Assembly: GCA_046302715.1 (NCBI GenBank)
Contig: JBKCHQ010000106.1
Coordinates: forward strand, 2,091-66,090
Reading direction: 5' to 3'
Length of the DNA: 64,000 nt
DNA from: Bacteroidia bacterium
GTDB taxonomy: Bacteria > Bacteroidota > Bacteroidia > M30B66
This document shows positions 40,206 through 49,771 of the stretch, in pieces (position 1 is the first letter of the stretch; each line of letters begins with the position of its first letter). The notes under the pieces were generated by a model, which made no database searches, was not told the origin of the DNA, and saw only the letters and a list, made by a program, of their open reading frames with translations. Made by a program: the position numbers and the translations under genes.

Positions 40206-40823
40206 ATGCCAAAAATAAAAATGCCCAAGAACAGTCCGTCCATCGATATGACACCGATGGTGGACTTGGCGTTCCTGCTGGTGACCTTCTTCATGCTAAT
40301 ATCGCAATTTAGAGCCGAAGAGGCTGCGGTAATTGATATCCCCTCGTCTGTTTCAGACCTTAAAATCCCCGAAAAAGAGCTACTCATGATACTTGTTGAT
40401 AAGCAAGACCGAGTATTCTTTAATCTTACTGGCCAGGAAGAACGAGTGGAGGTTTTGGAAAAAATGGGCAAGAAGTACGGAATCACATTTGATGAAAAGC
40501 AAAAGAAGGAGTTTTCAAATATGGCCTCGTTTGGAGTGCCTATGAAACAATTGCCCAGCTATCTAAATGCCAATTCAACCGAACGCAAAAAGCTCGCAGA
40601 AAAGTCGCAAGGAATTCCTTCGGATTCTTTGAAATGTGAGATTTGCGATTGGATTTACTATGCCCGTCGCGCTGCTCCCAAATTCAGGGTGGCCATTAAA
40701 GGCGATCAAATTACGAGCTACCCGGTAGTGCGAAAAGTGATGGATTATTTGCAGGATGATAATATTGGTAAGGTTAACAAATTCAACCTTATAACCAATA
40801 TGGAAACCGGTCCGTCAAATTAA
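40206..40823 (+). CDS. exbD: ExbD/TolR biopolymer transport protein
   Basis: The N-terminus IDMTPMVDLAFLLVTFFML is the ExbD signature. Confidence 0.85.
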   Translation: MPKIKMPKNSPSIDMTPMVDLAFLLVTFFMLISQFRAEEAAVIDIPSSVSDLKIPEKELLMILVDKQDRVFFNLTGQEERVEVLEKMGKKYGITFDEKQKKEFSNMASFGVPMKQLPSYLNANSTERKKLAEKSQGIPSDSLKCEICDWIYYARRAAPKFRVAIKGDQITSYPVVRKVMDYLQDDNIGKVNKFNLITNMETGPSN

Positions 40824-40880
40824 TTTTGATTTTTATTGAACCTGATTTAAGGTTTTACATAACAGAAAAAAAACACCAAC

Positions 40881-41552
40881 ATGGCTGAATTAAATACCGA
40901 CGATGGCGGGGGGGGTAAAAAGAAGCACGGGAAACAACGTGCGAAAAAATCATCAACCCGCATTGACATGACTCCAATGGTGGATTTAGGATTTCTTTTA
41001 TTGACGTTCTTTATTCTTACCACCACCTTTAATAAACCGCAAGCCATGCAGTTAACCATGCCGAAGAAAATTAAGGATCCTTCGGAATTGGAAAACAGCA
41101 GTAAGGTTGACGACGACCACACGCTTAACATACTTCTTACAAAAGATAATGTGGTGTATTGGTATTTTGGAATTGCCGATGCCAACAAAGGCGCTTTACC
41201 GGCATTAAATAAAGTGTCGTATGGTCCAAATGGATTGCGTAAAGTTTTAATCGAGGAGAACAATAAAAGGCACCGAACTTACGATGAAATAGAAAAGCTT
41301 GAGAAGATGGTAGAAGACGGGAAATTACCTAAAGATTCGTTGAGCAAGAAGAAGACTGCTTTTTTTAATGATCCGAAGAGAAAAACCAGTGTCTTGACCG
41401 TATTGTTAAAACCTGACAAAGACGCTAAGTATAAAAATATTGTGGATGCTTTAGACGAAATGGCTATTTGTAATATAGGTATTTATGCATTGCTTGAATC
41501 AAATCCCATTGAGGACCAAATGATAGCCAATGCCAATACATTCACCAAATAA
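40881..41552 (+). CDS. exbD: ExbD/TolR biopolymer transport protein, second copy
   Basis: RIDMTPMVDLGFLLLTFFIL signature. Confidence 0.8.
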   Translation: MAELNTDDGGGGKKKHGKQRAKKSSTRIDMTPMVDLGFLLLTFFILTTTFNKPQAMQLTMPKKIKDPSELENSSKVDDDHTLNILLTKDNVVYWYFGIADANKGALPALNKVSYGPNGLRKVLIEENNKRHRTYDEIEKLEKMVEDGKLPKDSLSKKKTAFFNDPKRKTSVLTVLLKPDKDAKYKNIVDALDEMAICNIGIYALLESNPIEDQMIANANTFTK

Positions 41553-41564
41553 AAATTAGAAATT

Positions 41565-42362
41565 ATGGCAGAGCAATTAACACTCAAAGACTTCGATGAG
41601 ATTGTCTTTGAAAAACGTAACCAAGAGTACGGTGCTTATGAGCTGCGTAAGCGCTACAATAAGCGGATGAATATTGCATTTGCAATATCTTTGGCTGTCT
41701 TTTTATTTGCAGTAAGTTTACCCACAATTCTAGATAAACTCAATGAGTTGACTAAAGAAAATATTAAAGTTCAGGAAGTGGATTTAAAACTGGCCGATCC
41801 GCCACCATTGGATAAAGACGAGCCACCACCACCACCACCACCACCAGAGCCGCCGCCACCGGTTCAGGAAACCATAAAGTTTACACCACCGGTAATTGTA
41901 GAAGAGGTGAAGGAGGAGGATATACCGCCCCCGCAAGAGGTTGCTAATGAAACTACGGTTGATGTAAAAACCCAAGAAGGCACAACGGATTTGGAAGTTT
42001 TGCCTGATGAAGGAGGCGGTGAGGATGAAGCCGGTTTGGGCGAACAGGAAATCTTTACTGTTGTAGAAAAGATGCCAGAGTTTGAAGGGGGTGAAGAGAA
42101 GTTGAGGGAATTCTTGTCTAAGAACATTAAGTATCCTTCGATGGCCCGTGAAAATGGAATTTCAGGTACGGTTTATATAACATTCGTTGTTGAAGGCGAT
42201 GGTAAGATTACCGATGTTAAGTCGCTTCGTGGCTTGGGAGGTGGACTTACCGAGGAAGCTATCAGAGTGGTACGAATGATGCCTAATTGGACGGCAGGTA
42301 GGCAAAATGGCAAGCCTGTGCGTGTTCAGTTTACTTTACCGGTAAAATTCACCCTGCGTTAA
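41565..42362 (+). CDS. tonB: energy transducer TonB
   Basis: N-terminal transmembrane anchor, a Pro-rich spacer (PPPPPPPPEPPPP) and a C-terminal TonB domain (GTVYITFVVEGDGKITDVKSLRG...GKPVRVQFTLPVKF). Confidence 0.8.
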   Translation: MAEQLTLKDFDEIVFEKRNQEYGAYELRKRYNKRMNIAFAISLAVFLFAVSLPTILDKLNELTKENIKVQEVDLKLADPPPLDKDEPPPPPPPPEPPPPVQETIKFTPPVIVEEVKEEDIPPPQEVANETTVDVKTQEGTTDLEVLPDEGGGEDEAGLGEQEIFTVVEKMPEFEGGEEKLREFLSKNIKYPSMARENGISGTVYITFVVEGDGKITDVKSLRGLGGGLTEEAIRVVRMMPNWTAGRQNGKPVRVQFTLPVKFTLR

Positions 42363-42375
42363 TTTTACCAGTGTT

Positions 42376-42579
42376 GTGCTAAAGCGAATTTTAATTGCGC
42401 TAAACCTCTTGATGATAAGTCTGTATTTCGTCATAGGTTTAGCGCTTTTTTTGTCAGACTTTGGCATGCACCTAATCAGTGGAACACAACGTTATATTTT
42501 GGCTTCTTTAATCTGTTGCTACGGTATATTCAGAGTGTTTAAATTCATAAAAGGGCTTAAAGCCGATGATGTTGAATAA
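42376..42579 (+). CDS. possible small two-helix membrane protein
   Basis: 67-aa hydrophobic ORF that fits tightly between tonB and the PstS-like gene. Confidence 0.25.
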   Translation: MLKRILIALNLLMISLYFVIGLALFLSDFGMHLISGTQRYILASLICCYGIFRVFKFIKGLKADDVE

Positions 42580-42581
42580 TT

Positions 42582-43514
42582 ATGTTTCGTAATGTTTCAA
42601 TTATAAGTATTGCGCTGTTTTTGTACGGTTGTGGAACGGAAAGCCGGAAAATTGACGAAACTACCACACGCGGTAACATTTCTGTTGCGGTGGATGCCTC
42701 CTATCAAAAATTAGTAGATGCTGAGCTGTTTGTATTTAAATCTTTGTATAAGTATGCGCAGGTAAAACCCGTTTATACCTCCGAAGGACGTGCACTCGAA
42801 TTGTTGAAAAACGATAGTGTTCGATTTGTGATCATGAGCAGAAAGTTAAATGAGCAGGAAAAAGTTTTTTTTAAGGAAAAAAGCAGAATCCCGAAAGAAA
42901 CGCTTGTTGCCTTTGATGGTGTGGCATTTATATGCAATAAGAAAAACACCGATACTACGCTAAGTTATACAGAGATTAAAAATCTTTTTTCAGGAAAAAT
43001 AAAACGTTGGAATGAGCTTGGCAGTGGTAGCAACGATTCGGTACTCTTGGTATTTGATTCGCATAAAAGCGGTAATGCACGGTATTTAAAAGATTATTTC
43101 AAATTAAATGAGTTCCCCGCCAATTGTTTCGCCGCCGATGACAATGCGCAGGTAATTAAATATGTAGAAGAGCATCCTGCCGCTATCGGAATATTAAGTT
43201 CGGGCCTCATTGCGGATATGGACGATTCGTTATCGCAGCAATTTTTAGATAAAGTAAAAGTTATGGGGGTATCTTCTAAAGATGATCCTGAAGGCTTGAA
43301 AGGATTTATTCAACCTTATCAAGAATATATAGGGGATGGATCGTATCCCTTTAAACGTGAAATTTATATCGTAAACTGCGAAATTGGTACACGTCTTGGT
43401 ACGGGGTTCGCGTCGTTTATCGCAAGTGATAAAGGACAGCGTATCATCTTAAAATCGGGCTTGCTTCCCGCAGTAACTCCGGTTCGATTTATTGAAGTTT
43501 CAAATGAATTTTAA
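42582..43514 (+). CDS. PstS-like periplasmic substrate-binding protein (phosphate-binding family) associated with the TonB cluster
   Basis: Lipoprotein-like N-terminus (LFLYGC). 310 aa, and its position after tonB is typical of Bacteroidota exbBD-tonB clusters. Confidence 0.6.
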   Translation: MFRNVSIISIALFLYGCGTESRKIDETTTRGNISVAVDASYQKLVDAELFVFKSLYKYAQVKPVYTSEGRALELLKNDSVRFVIMSRKLNEQEKVFFKEKSRIPKETLVAFDGVAFICNKKNTDTTLSYTEIKNLFSGKIKRWNELGSGSNDSVLLVFDSHKSGNARYLKDYFKLNEFPANCFAADDNAQVIKYVEEHPAAIGILSSGLIADMDDSLSQQFLDKVKVMGVSSKDDPEGLKGFIQPYQEYIGDGSYPFKREIYIVNCEIGTRLGTGFASFIASDKGQRIILKSGLLPAVTPVRFIEVSNEF

Positions 43515-43524
43515 AATACAAAGT

Positions 43525-45126
43525 ATGAGAAGTTTGATTTTTTCTTCGGTTTTATTGTTTTTATTAAATGTTGATGTCAACGGACAGAGTCTGGATGATG
43601 CAAAAAAGCTAACCCTTAATGAGCAGTACGAATCGGCCTCTTCGATGTTTTTGCGACTTGTAGCGAAATTTCCTATGAAAGGTGATTATTGGTATTATTT
43701 TGGCGAAAATTTATTGAAGGCAGAAAATACCGATTCGGCAGAAACGCTTTTTTCAAGCGGTATTCAAAACGAGCCTTCGAATCCGCTAAACTTTGTTGGT
43801 TTGGGTAAAGTTTACAAAACAAATGGACGAATGGAAGAAGCCGATGCCGCATTTAAAAAAGCATTGGATTTGGGAAATGCTAAAAATGCCGAAGTATTTA
43901 TTAGAATTTCTGATGCAAACATCAGCATCACGCCTAAAAACTTGTCTAAGGCATTTGAATATTTGCAGTTGGCCGAGAAGCTTCAACCTAAAAATCCGGA
44001 AGTATATATTTTGCAAGGAGATGCTTTTCTAGAAAATAATAATGGAACCGAAGCCGTTAAGTTTTATGAGAAGGCGAAGAAACTCGAGCCCAATTCACCT
44101 ACTGCAACATTAAGATTGGGCCAGTTGTGGGTTCGAGCTAGAAACTACCAAGGCAAAGATGGTGAAAAAGGCGCCTTGGAATATTATAATGAGGCGATTG
44201 ATGCAAGTCCCGAATTTGCACCTGCTTACCGCGAACTAGGAGATCTCTTTGCGCTTGCTCAGCGTTATGATGATGCAAAGGCAAACTATGAAAAATATTT
44301 GCAGCTTTCGAAGGGTAATATTGTTGCTAAAAGAAGGTATGCAGCGTTTAAGTATAAAACTAACGATTTTAGAGGTGCTTTGGAAGAGCTCGATAAAATC
44401 GCAGTTGAAGATGCAGGCTATAATATTAATAACCGTTTGGCGGCATACTGTTACTACGAAATTAAAGAGTACACCAAAGGCCTGGAGGCGATGGAGCGTT
44501 TTATTGCCCTTCAGCCCGAGAATAAATTACTCCCCAAAGATTTTGAGTATTACGGTAAGCTACTTTCCGAAAACGGGAAAGATTCTTTGGCTATAATTAA
44601 ACTTCGCCAAGCCATTGAATTGGATAATGCCAATACCGATTTGTATGCAAATATTGGTGCCATTTACTACAAGCAAAAGAACTATGCAATGGCGGCTGAA
44701 ATGTACGAGGCTAAAATTCGCGAAAGCAAACCCGCTCCTAACGATTATTTTAGATTGGGGCAAGCTTACTTTCAACTCAAACGATATGGTGAGGCCGACT
44801 CAGTATTTATTAAAGTAACTGAAGCGCAGCCCAAGATGGTGACCGGCTATTCATGGCGTGCTAAGGCCAATTCTAATCTCGATCCTGACTCAAAACTCGG
44901 ATTGGCCAAACCATTTTACGAAAAAGTAATCGAATTGTGTGAGGCCGATGAAGCCACCAAAACCAAATACAAGAAAGATTTGCTTGATGCATATAAGTAT
45001 CAGGGGGCATATTACTTTTTAGTAAACAATGATAAGGCAACCTCCATTTCGTGGTGGGAAAAAGTTCTGACGTTGGCTCCCGAGGATGAACAGGCGAAAA
45101 AGGTACTTGCTGATTTGAGAAAGTAA
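43525..45126 (+). CDS. tetratricopeptide repeat protein
   Basis: Signal peptide, then repeated TPR-like 34-aa units (A..Y/F..G spacing) throughout. Confidence 0.65.
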   Translation: MRSLIFSSVLLFLLNVDVNGQSLDDAKKLTLNEQYESASSMFLRLVAKFPMKGDYWYYFGENLLKAENTDSAETLFSSGIQNEPSNPLNFVGLGKVYKTNGRMEEADAAFKKALDLGNAKNAEVFIRISDANISITPKNLSKAFEYLQLAEKLQPKNPEVYILQGDAFLENNNGTEAVKFYEKAKKLEPNSPTATLRLGQLWVRARNYQGKDGEKGALEYYNEAIDASPEFAPAYRELGDLFALAQRYDDAKANYEKYLQLSKGNIVAKRRYAAFKYKTNDFRGALEELDKIAVEDAGYNINNRLAAYCYYEIKEYTKGLEAMERFIALQPENKLLPKDFEYYGKLLSENGKDSLAIIKLRQAIELDNANTDLYANIGAIYYKQKNYAMAAEMYEAKIRESKPAPNDYFRLGQAYFQLKRYGEADSVFIKVTEAQPKMVTGYSWRAKANSNLDPDSKLGLAKPFYEKVIELCEADEATKTKYKKDLLDAYKYQGAYYFLVNNDKATSISWWEKVLTLAPEDEQAKKVLADLRK

Positions 45127-45183
45127 CTGAACGAGATTATTCAAATACAGCATAATAAATTGAAACAAAAGCAAATTATTTGT

Positions 45184-45213
45184 TTGTATTTAAAATGCTT
45201 TGTGCTATATTTG
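45184..45213 (+). promoter_or_regulatory. candidate Bacteroidota sigma-A promoter upstream of rpsU (TTG at -33, TAtaTTTG at -7)
   Basis: TTG at 45184..45186 and TATATTTG at 45206..45213 are spaced 19 nt apart, about 35 nt upstream of the rpsU ATG. The consensus TTG/TAnnTTTG is established for Bacteroides. Confidence 0.4.
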
Positions 45214-45246
45214 CAGCCCTCAAAAACATAAAAACATCGTTTAAAA

Positions 45247-45438
45247 ATGCTAATTATTCCAGTTAAAGAAGGCGAATCGATCGAGAAAGCGTTAAAGAAA
45301 TTCAAGCGTAAGGTTGAAAAAACTGGCCTTATTAAAGAGTTGCGTGAGCGCCAAAAATTCACCAAACCTTCTGTTGAACGCCGCGAAGAAATTAAACGTG
45401 CGGTGTACTCTAATAAATTTCGCAATCCTCAGGATTAA
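45247..45438 (+). CDS. rpsU: 30S ribosomal protein S21
   Basis: 63 aa and basic. The sequence MLIIPVKEGESIEKALKKFKRKVEKTG is highly conserved in S21. Confidence 0.9.
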   Translation: MLIIPVKEGESIEKALKKFKRKVEKTGLIKELRERQKFTKPSVERREEIKRAVYSNKFRNPQD

Positions 45439-45460
45439 TTTCCTTTTTGATACCAGAATT

Positions 45461-45490
45461 AAGCCATTCTCTCGAATGGCTTTTTTGTTT
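45461..45490 (+). terminator. rho-independent terminator after rpsU
   Basis: Hairpin AGCCATTC-TCTC-GAATGGCT followed by TTTTTTGTTTT. Confidence 0.6.
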
Positions 45491-45607
45491 TAAGCCGGTC
45501 CCTTGGTTTAAGCTTAACTCAACGCTGTGGGAATTTTATTTTTCTATCTAGTCCATTAATCAAAACATACACGTTTATAATTTTTAAAACGTTAGTCAAA
45601 AGGCAAG

Positions 45608-46510
45608 GTGTCTATTCATAATTTTATAGGTATGATCGAGACGTTTTTGGATTATCTGCGCTATGAACGAAGATTTTCGAACCATACAGTTATCGCATAT
45701 CGAAACGACTTAACTCAGTTGCAGCAATTTGTCCAATCCGATAGCCCCGAATCGGAATTGACCTCATTAACGGCGCCCGAAATTAGAGTGTGGCTTGTGA
45801 AACTCATGGAAGACGGGCTGGATGCACGAAGTGTTAACCGAAAAATTACCGCACTTAAAACGTTCTACAAGTTTGCATTAAAAAGCCATTGGATTCAGAT
45901 AAATCCGATGTTAAAAGTGGTTTCGCCAAAAGTCTCTAAAAAATTGCCGGTATATGTAGAAGCTGAGCGTCTTGATTTATTGCTGGATAAGGTGGAGTTT
46001 CCGCACAATTTTGAAGGAGGTAGAGATCATCTCATTCTTGAATTATTATATGGTACCGGAATGCGTCGCGCCGAATTGCTGGATTTGAAGATTGATGATA
46101 TTGACTTTCGCTTAGGGCAAATTAAAGTGACGGGTAAGCGAAATAAACAACGTATTATTCCTTTGTTCGATGCCTTATCCGATGCTTTAAGCAAGTATTT
46201 AGAAATAAGGCGAACGTTGGTTTCTAATCATGATTTTCTTCTATGTGATGAAAAAGGTGAACGTTTGTACCCCGAAAAAATTTATCGCATCGTAAAAAAG
46301 TATCTCAGTTTGGTGAGCACGCAAACCAAACGAAGTCCACACACCCTTCGGCATAGTTTTGCTACGGAGATGTTGAACAAAGGAGCCGACTTAAATTCGA
46401 TCAAGGAAATACTCGGTCATGCAAACCTTAGCGCAACTCAGGTTTACACGCATAATTCAATCGAAAAACTGAGAGCTATTTACAAAAAAGCACATCCACG
46501 CGGTGATTAG
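45608..46510 (+). CDS. xerC: tyrosine site-specific recombinase XerC/XerD family
   Basis: Catalytic R..HxxR..Y residues (HTLRHSFATEML, GHANLSATQVYTH). Its position after rpsU is conserved in Bacteroidota. Confidence 0.8.
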   Translation: MSIHNFIGMIETFLDYLRYERRFSNHTVIAYRNDLTQLQQFVQSDSPESELTSLTAPEIRVWLVKLMEDGLDARSVNRKITALKTFYKFALKSHWIQINPMLKVVSPKVSKKLPVYVEAERLDLLLDKVEFPHNFEGGRDHLILELLYGTGMRRAELLDLKIDDIDFRLGQIKVTGKRNKQRIIPLFDALSDALSKYLEIRRTLVSNHDFLLCDEKGERLYPEKIYRIVKKYLSLVSTQTKRSPHTLRHSFATEMLNKGADLNSIKEILGHANLSATQVYTHNSIEKLRAIYKKAHPRGD

Positions 46511-47643
46511 TTGCGGGACTTCTTCTTTTTTAGTTTAAAGGTGGCTGTAAGCGGATAATGATCGCTTAGCTTCTTTTTAATGAGTTTGAAGTTGAGGGCA
46601 TCAAACTTTTCTTTTGTATACAGGATGTAATCAATCCTTAAAAAGGGAATCATACCTATATAGGTTGTACCCAGTCCCGAGCCAGCTTCGCGATAGGCAT
46701 CGCCCAGGTCTTGTGCAATTTGATGGTAGCTGTATGAATTTGGGGTGTCATTAAAATCGCCGCATACGATAAAGGGGTAAGGGCAACTTTTAATATGGGT
46801 TCTAATAGCATCCGTTTGTCGAGCTCTGCGAATAAAGGCACGCCGCATACGAGAAATAATTAGCTGGGGGCCGTCTAAATTGGTTTGATCTTCATTGCCA
46901 GTGAGTATTTTGAGGGCCTCATAGTCTTTTTTACGGAAACGAATAGACTCTAAATGAAGATTGTAAATACGTATGGTGTCATTTTTAATTGCAACATCTG
47001 TAAAAATCGAAATGTTGTCGGTACTATCTCTGAAGGGAATTATCCCTTTATTTACAATAGGAAAAGCGCTAAGCGTGGCAATGCCCCAATGGTGCACATC
47101 TTTAACGGTGGCCGTGTGTTCAATATGCTTAAAACGGGCCGGTTGAACTTGTAAAAGCGTATCAAGGGTGTTGAACGATTTGGTGTCGTCATAATAAAAC
47201 TCCTGAAAGCACAATATATCTGCCTGTTCCTTTCTGATAAGGTCAATAATTTTATTGCGAGTGAGCTTATTTTCGGTCCAGTTATATAAATCGAACAACC
47301 TTACATTATACGACATTATATGCAGGGTTGAATCTGATAGTTTCTGCATCGTTGCAGATTCTCTGCTCATGGGCTTCTCAAACTGGTATGTAGATCCAAG
47401 CTGACTTATTCCGATAAGGACAGGAATGCCTGAAAATAGGGCGTTTTTCCAACGGATAATAATCCAGTATAAAACAAATAATACATTTGCGATAAACAGA
47501 AAAGGGAAACCCAATCCGGCAAATGCTAAAATCCAGAACGTTTCGGGTGAAATATAAAGGGCAAGGAACGATAGCAGTAAGCCAATTACTGCCAGCATGT
47601 TAAGACCAAAAACCACCTTGTTAACAATGCCTTTGCCGATCAT
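46507..47643 (-). CDS. membrane-anchored endonuclease/exonuclease/phosphatase (EEP) family protein
   Basis: Four N-terminal transmembrane helices, then an EEP fold with conserved SYNV, GDFN and SDHYP segments. Confidence 0.65.
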   Translation of the reverse strand: MIGKGIVNKVVFGLNMLAVIGLLLSFLALYISPETFWILAFAGLGFPFLFIANVLFVLYWIIIRWKNALFSGIPVLIGISQLGSTYQFEKPMSRESATMQKLSDSTLHIMSYNVRLFDLYNWTENKLTRNKIIDLIRKEQADILCFQEFYYDDTKSFNTLDTLLQVQPARFKHIEHTATVKDVHHWGIATLSAFPIVNKGIIPFRDSTDNISIFTDVAIKNDTIRIYNLHLESIRFRKKDYEALKILTGNEDQTNLDGPQLIISRMRRAFIRRARQTDAIRTHIKSCPYPFIVCGDFNDTPNSYSYHQIAQDLGDAYREAGSGLGTTYIGMIPFLRIDYILYTKEKFDALNFKLIKKKLSDHYPLTATFKLKKKKSRN

Positions 47644-47881
47644 CTTATTTTACAAAAATACATTATTGCCGCTTTATTTTAATCTCCCTGCAAAACCTTA
47701 ATCCAAGCGTTTATATTTAATAAATCTCTTTTAATGTTTATCAAAAGGATAGTGTAGTAAAAACGTTATTTACTTGTCCTTAGTGCATAAAAATATTATT
47801 GTACTGGCGCGTTCTCATAGGTAGGCCAATTGATTATGAATTTCGCCAAGGTATTTGTCGTTTCATACTACCTTTACGGCA

Positions 47882-48961
47882 ATGAAACAGGTTCTGTTGT
47901 TGCTGTTTTTTTCGTGTACACTGCTTAAGGCTCAACACGAGGCTGCCTTATTTTCGGTGTATTTGGTAGGTGATGCCGGCAGAGATACTTTGCCTTCAGA
48001 AACCATGTATCTTCTGGCGTACGATGCCATCAGTGATACAACCAGCGCAGTGCTTATTTTGGGCGATAATTGTTATCCCGCCGGTTTGGGCGTAAAATCG
48101 CCTCAAAAAAAGATATCTGAACGTAAGCTGGCCGCACAGCTCGAATTATTCAGCACTTATAAAGGACACTTAAAAATGATACCGGGTAATCACGATTGGA
48201 ATGCAGGCCGTTTTGGGGGGTATGATGCCGTATTGAGGCAGAAAAAAATTGTAGATGATTTTTCAAAGAATAACTCCATCAATAAAAATGCGGGTTCGGT
48301 TTATTTTTCCTCAGCAGGACTTCCCGGTCCTGAAATCACTCCGTTAAGTCCAGAAATAAAACTAATATCTATTGATAGTCAGTGGTTTTTGCATTTCAGT
48401 GGTTGGTTTGCCGCCCGAAAACTGAACGGTAAACATATTCGTGAAACCGAAAATGAATTTTGGGTAAAAATGAAGCAAGAGCTTGACGCATCAAAGGAAA
48501 TGGGTCAGTATGTAATTATTGCTGCACATCACCCAGTATTAACAAACGGCAGTCATGCACATAGACGGCAGCCGATTCGATTTTTAGCACAATACACCCC
48601 TTTGCGTTTGTTTACTACCGCTTTAAACCGAACTTGGCTGTCACAAGATATTGATCATGCTGCCTATTCGAGATACCGAAAAAAAATGCTCAACCTGATT
48701 AAAGATTATCAAAAGGTAATTTATGTTTCGGGGCACGAGCACAATATGCAATACTTTAGCAAATCGGGCAATGCATTCATTGTAAGCGGCAGCGGTTCAA
48801 AACTTAGCCCCATAGATCGCTATCGTTTTCCCGCAGAGTTTATGGAAGATCAACAACCCGGTTTTTTTAAATTGCAGTTTTTTAACAGTGGTAAAGTGGT
48901 TTTGAGTGCTTTCGGGACCCGTGAACGAGGCTTATATTGGTCGAAGATCATTCATAAGTAG
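47882..48961 (+). CDS. calcineurin-like metallophosphoesterase
   Basis: Signal peptide. Motifs VGDAGR, GDNCY, GNHDW and SGHEH form the phosphoesterase metal-binding set. Confidence 0.7.
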   Translation: MKQVLLLLFFSCTLLKAQHEAALFSVYLVGDAGRDTLPSETMYLLAYDAISDTTSAVLILGDNCYPAGLGVKSPQKKISERKLAAQLELFSTYKGHLKMIPGNHDWNAGRFGGYDAVLRQKKIVDDFSKNNSINKNAGSVYFSSAGLPGPEITPLSPEIKLISIDSQWFLHFSGWFAARKLNGKHIRETENEFWVKMKQELDASKEMGQYVIIAAHHPVLTNGSHAHRRQPIRFLAQYTPLRLFTTALNRTWLSQDIDHAAYSRYRKKMLNLIKDYQKVIYVSGHEHNMQYFSKSGNAFIVSGSGSKLSPIDRYRFPAEFMEDQQPGFFKLQFFNSGKVVLSAFGTRERGLYWSKIIHK

Positions 48962-49058
48962 TCGTTAGATTTTGATTGCTTCTGGTTTTACATTTAAAGC
49001 AGCTATTCCATTAAATATCGTTTTCTTTGTACTTACAACAGCGCTTTAGGAGCAGAGC

Positions 49059-49694
49059 ATGGATATTATTGATTTTTTTTCAAATGCGATGGCGTATTTT
49101 CAGCCAGAGTATATCATCAGATACGGAGGCTTGCTATTGCTGTTATCAGTGGTTTTTATTGAAAACGGCTTGTTTTTTGGCTTTTTTCTGCCCGGTGATT
49201 CGCTCATGTTTACCGCAGGTTTGCTCACCGCCACAGGTGTGCTCAACCACCCTCTTCTAATTGTACTTTCCTCTGTTTTTATAACTGCTGTTTTGGGAAG
49301 CCTGTTCGGTTATTATTTCGGTTTGAAAGCAGGAAGTAAATTATACGTTAGAAAGGATAGCTTTTTTTTTCGAAAAAGTCATATCGCCACTGCCGAAAAG
49401 TACTATGAACGTTATGGTATCCGCACTTTGGTTATTGGGCGCTTTTTGCCAGTGGTTCGCACCTTCGCACCCATTGTTGCCGGCATTGTAAAGATGCCTT
49501 TGGGCAAGTTTATGGGAGCGAATATGTTGGGTGCCTTTGCATGGGTAGGCTCGCTGGTTTCCTTAGGTTATTTTCTGGGAAAAATCTGGCCCGATGCCGA
49601 ACATTATTTAGGATATATAATTCTGCTTCTCATCGTAATAACAGCAATACCCGTATTGCGCACCTATCTTAAAGCGAAAAAAGGCACACTTTAA
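49059..49694 (+). CDS. DedA/SNARE-associated family membrane protein
   Basis: 211 aa, polytopic, with the DedA signature region FLPGDSLMFTAG. Confidence 0.75.
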   Translation: MDIIDFFSNAMAYFQPEYIIRYGGLLLLLSVVFIENGLFFGFFLPGDSLMFTAGLLTATGVLNHPLLIVLSSVFITAVLGSLFGYYFGLKAGSKLYVRKDSFFFRKSHIATAEKYYERYGIRTLVIGRFLPVVRTFAPIVAGIVKMPLGKFMGANMLGAFAWVGSLVSLGYFLGKIWPDAEHYLGYIILLLIVITAIPVLRTYLKAKKGTL

Positions 49695-49771
49695 AAATTG
49701 GTGCTGCCACACAATTACCATCAACATTTTTGCGTTCATAAGTTCGATGCAATTTTATAATTCGCCCACTT

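Noticed and set aside
40847-41263. 138-aa minus-strand ORF antisense to the second exbD
   Set aside because: It overlaps a conserved ExbD coding region and has no independent support.
41784-42127. Minus-strand ORFs inside tonB, including a Trp-rich one (RRLWWWWWWWW)
   Set aside because: They are the antisense reading of the CCACCACCA proline-codon repeat in the TonB spacer. They are artefacts.
45608-46510. Tyrosine recombinase as a marker of an integrated mobile element
   Set aside because: The rpsU-xerC adjacency is a conserved housekeeping arrangement in Bacteroidota. There are no flanking direct repeats and no cargo genes, and GC and codon usage match the surroundings by eye.
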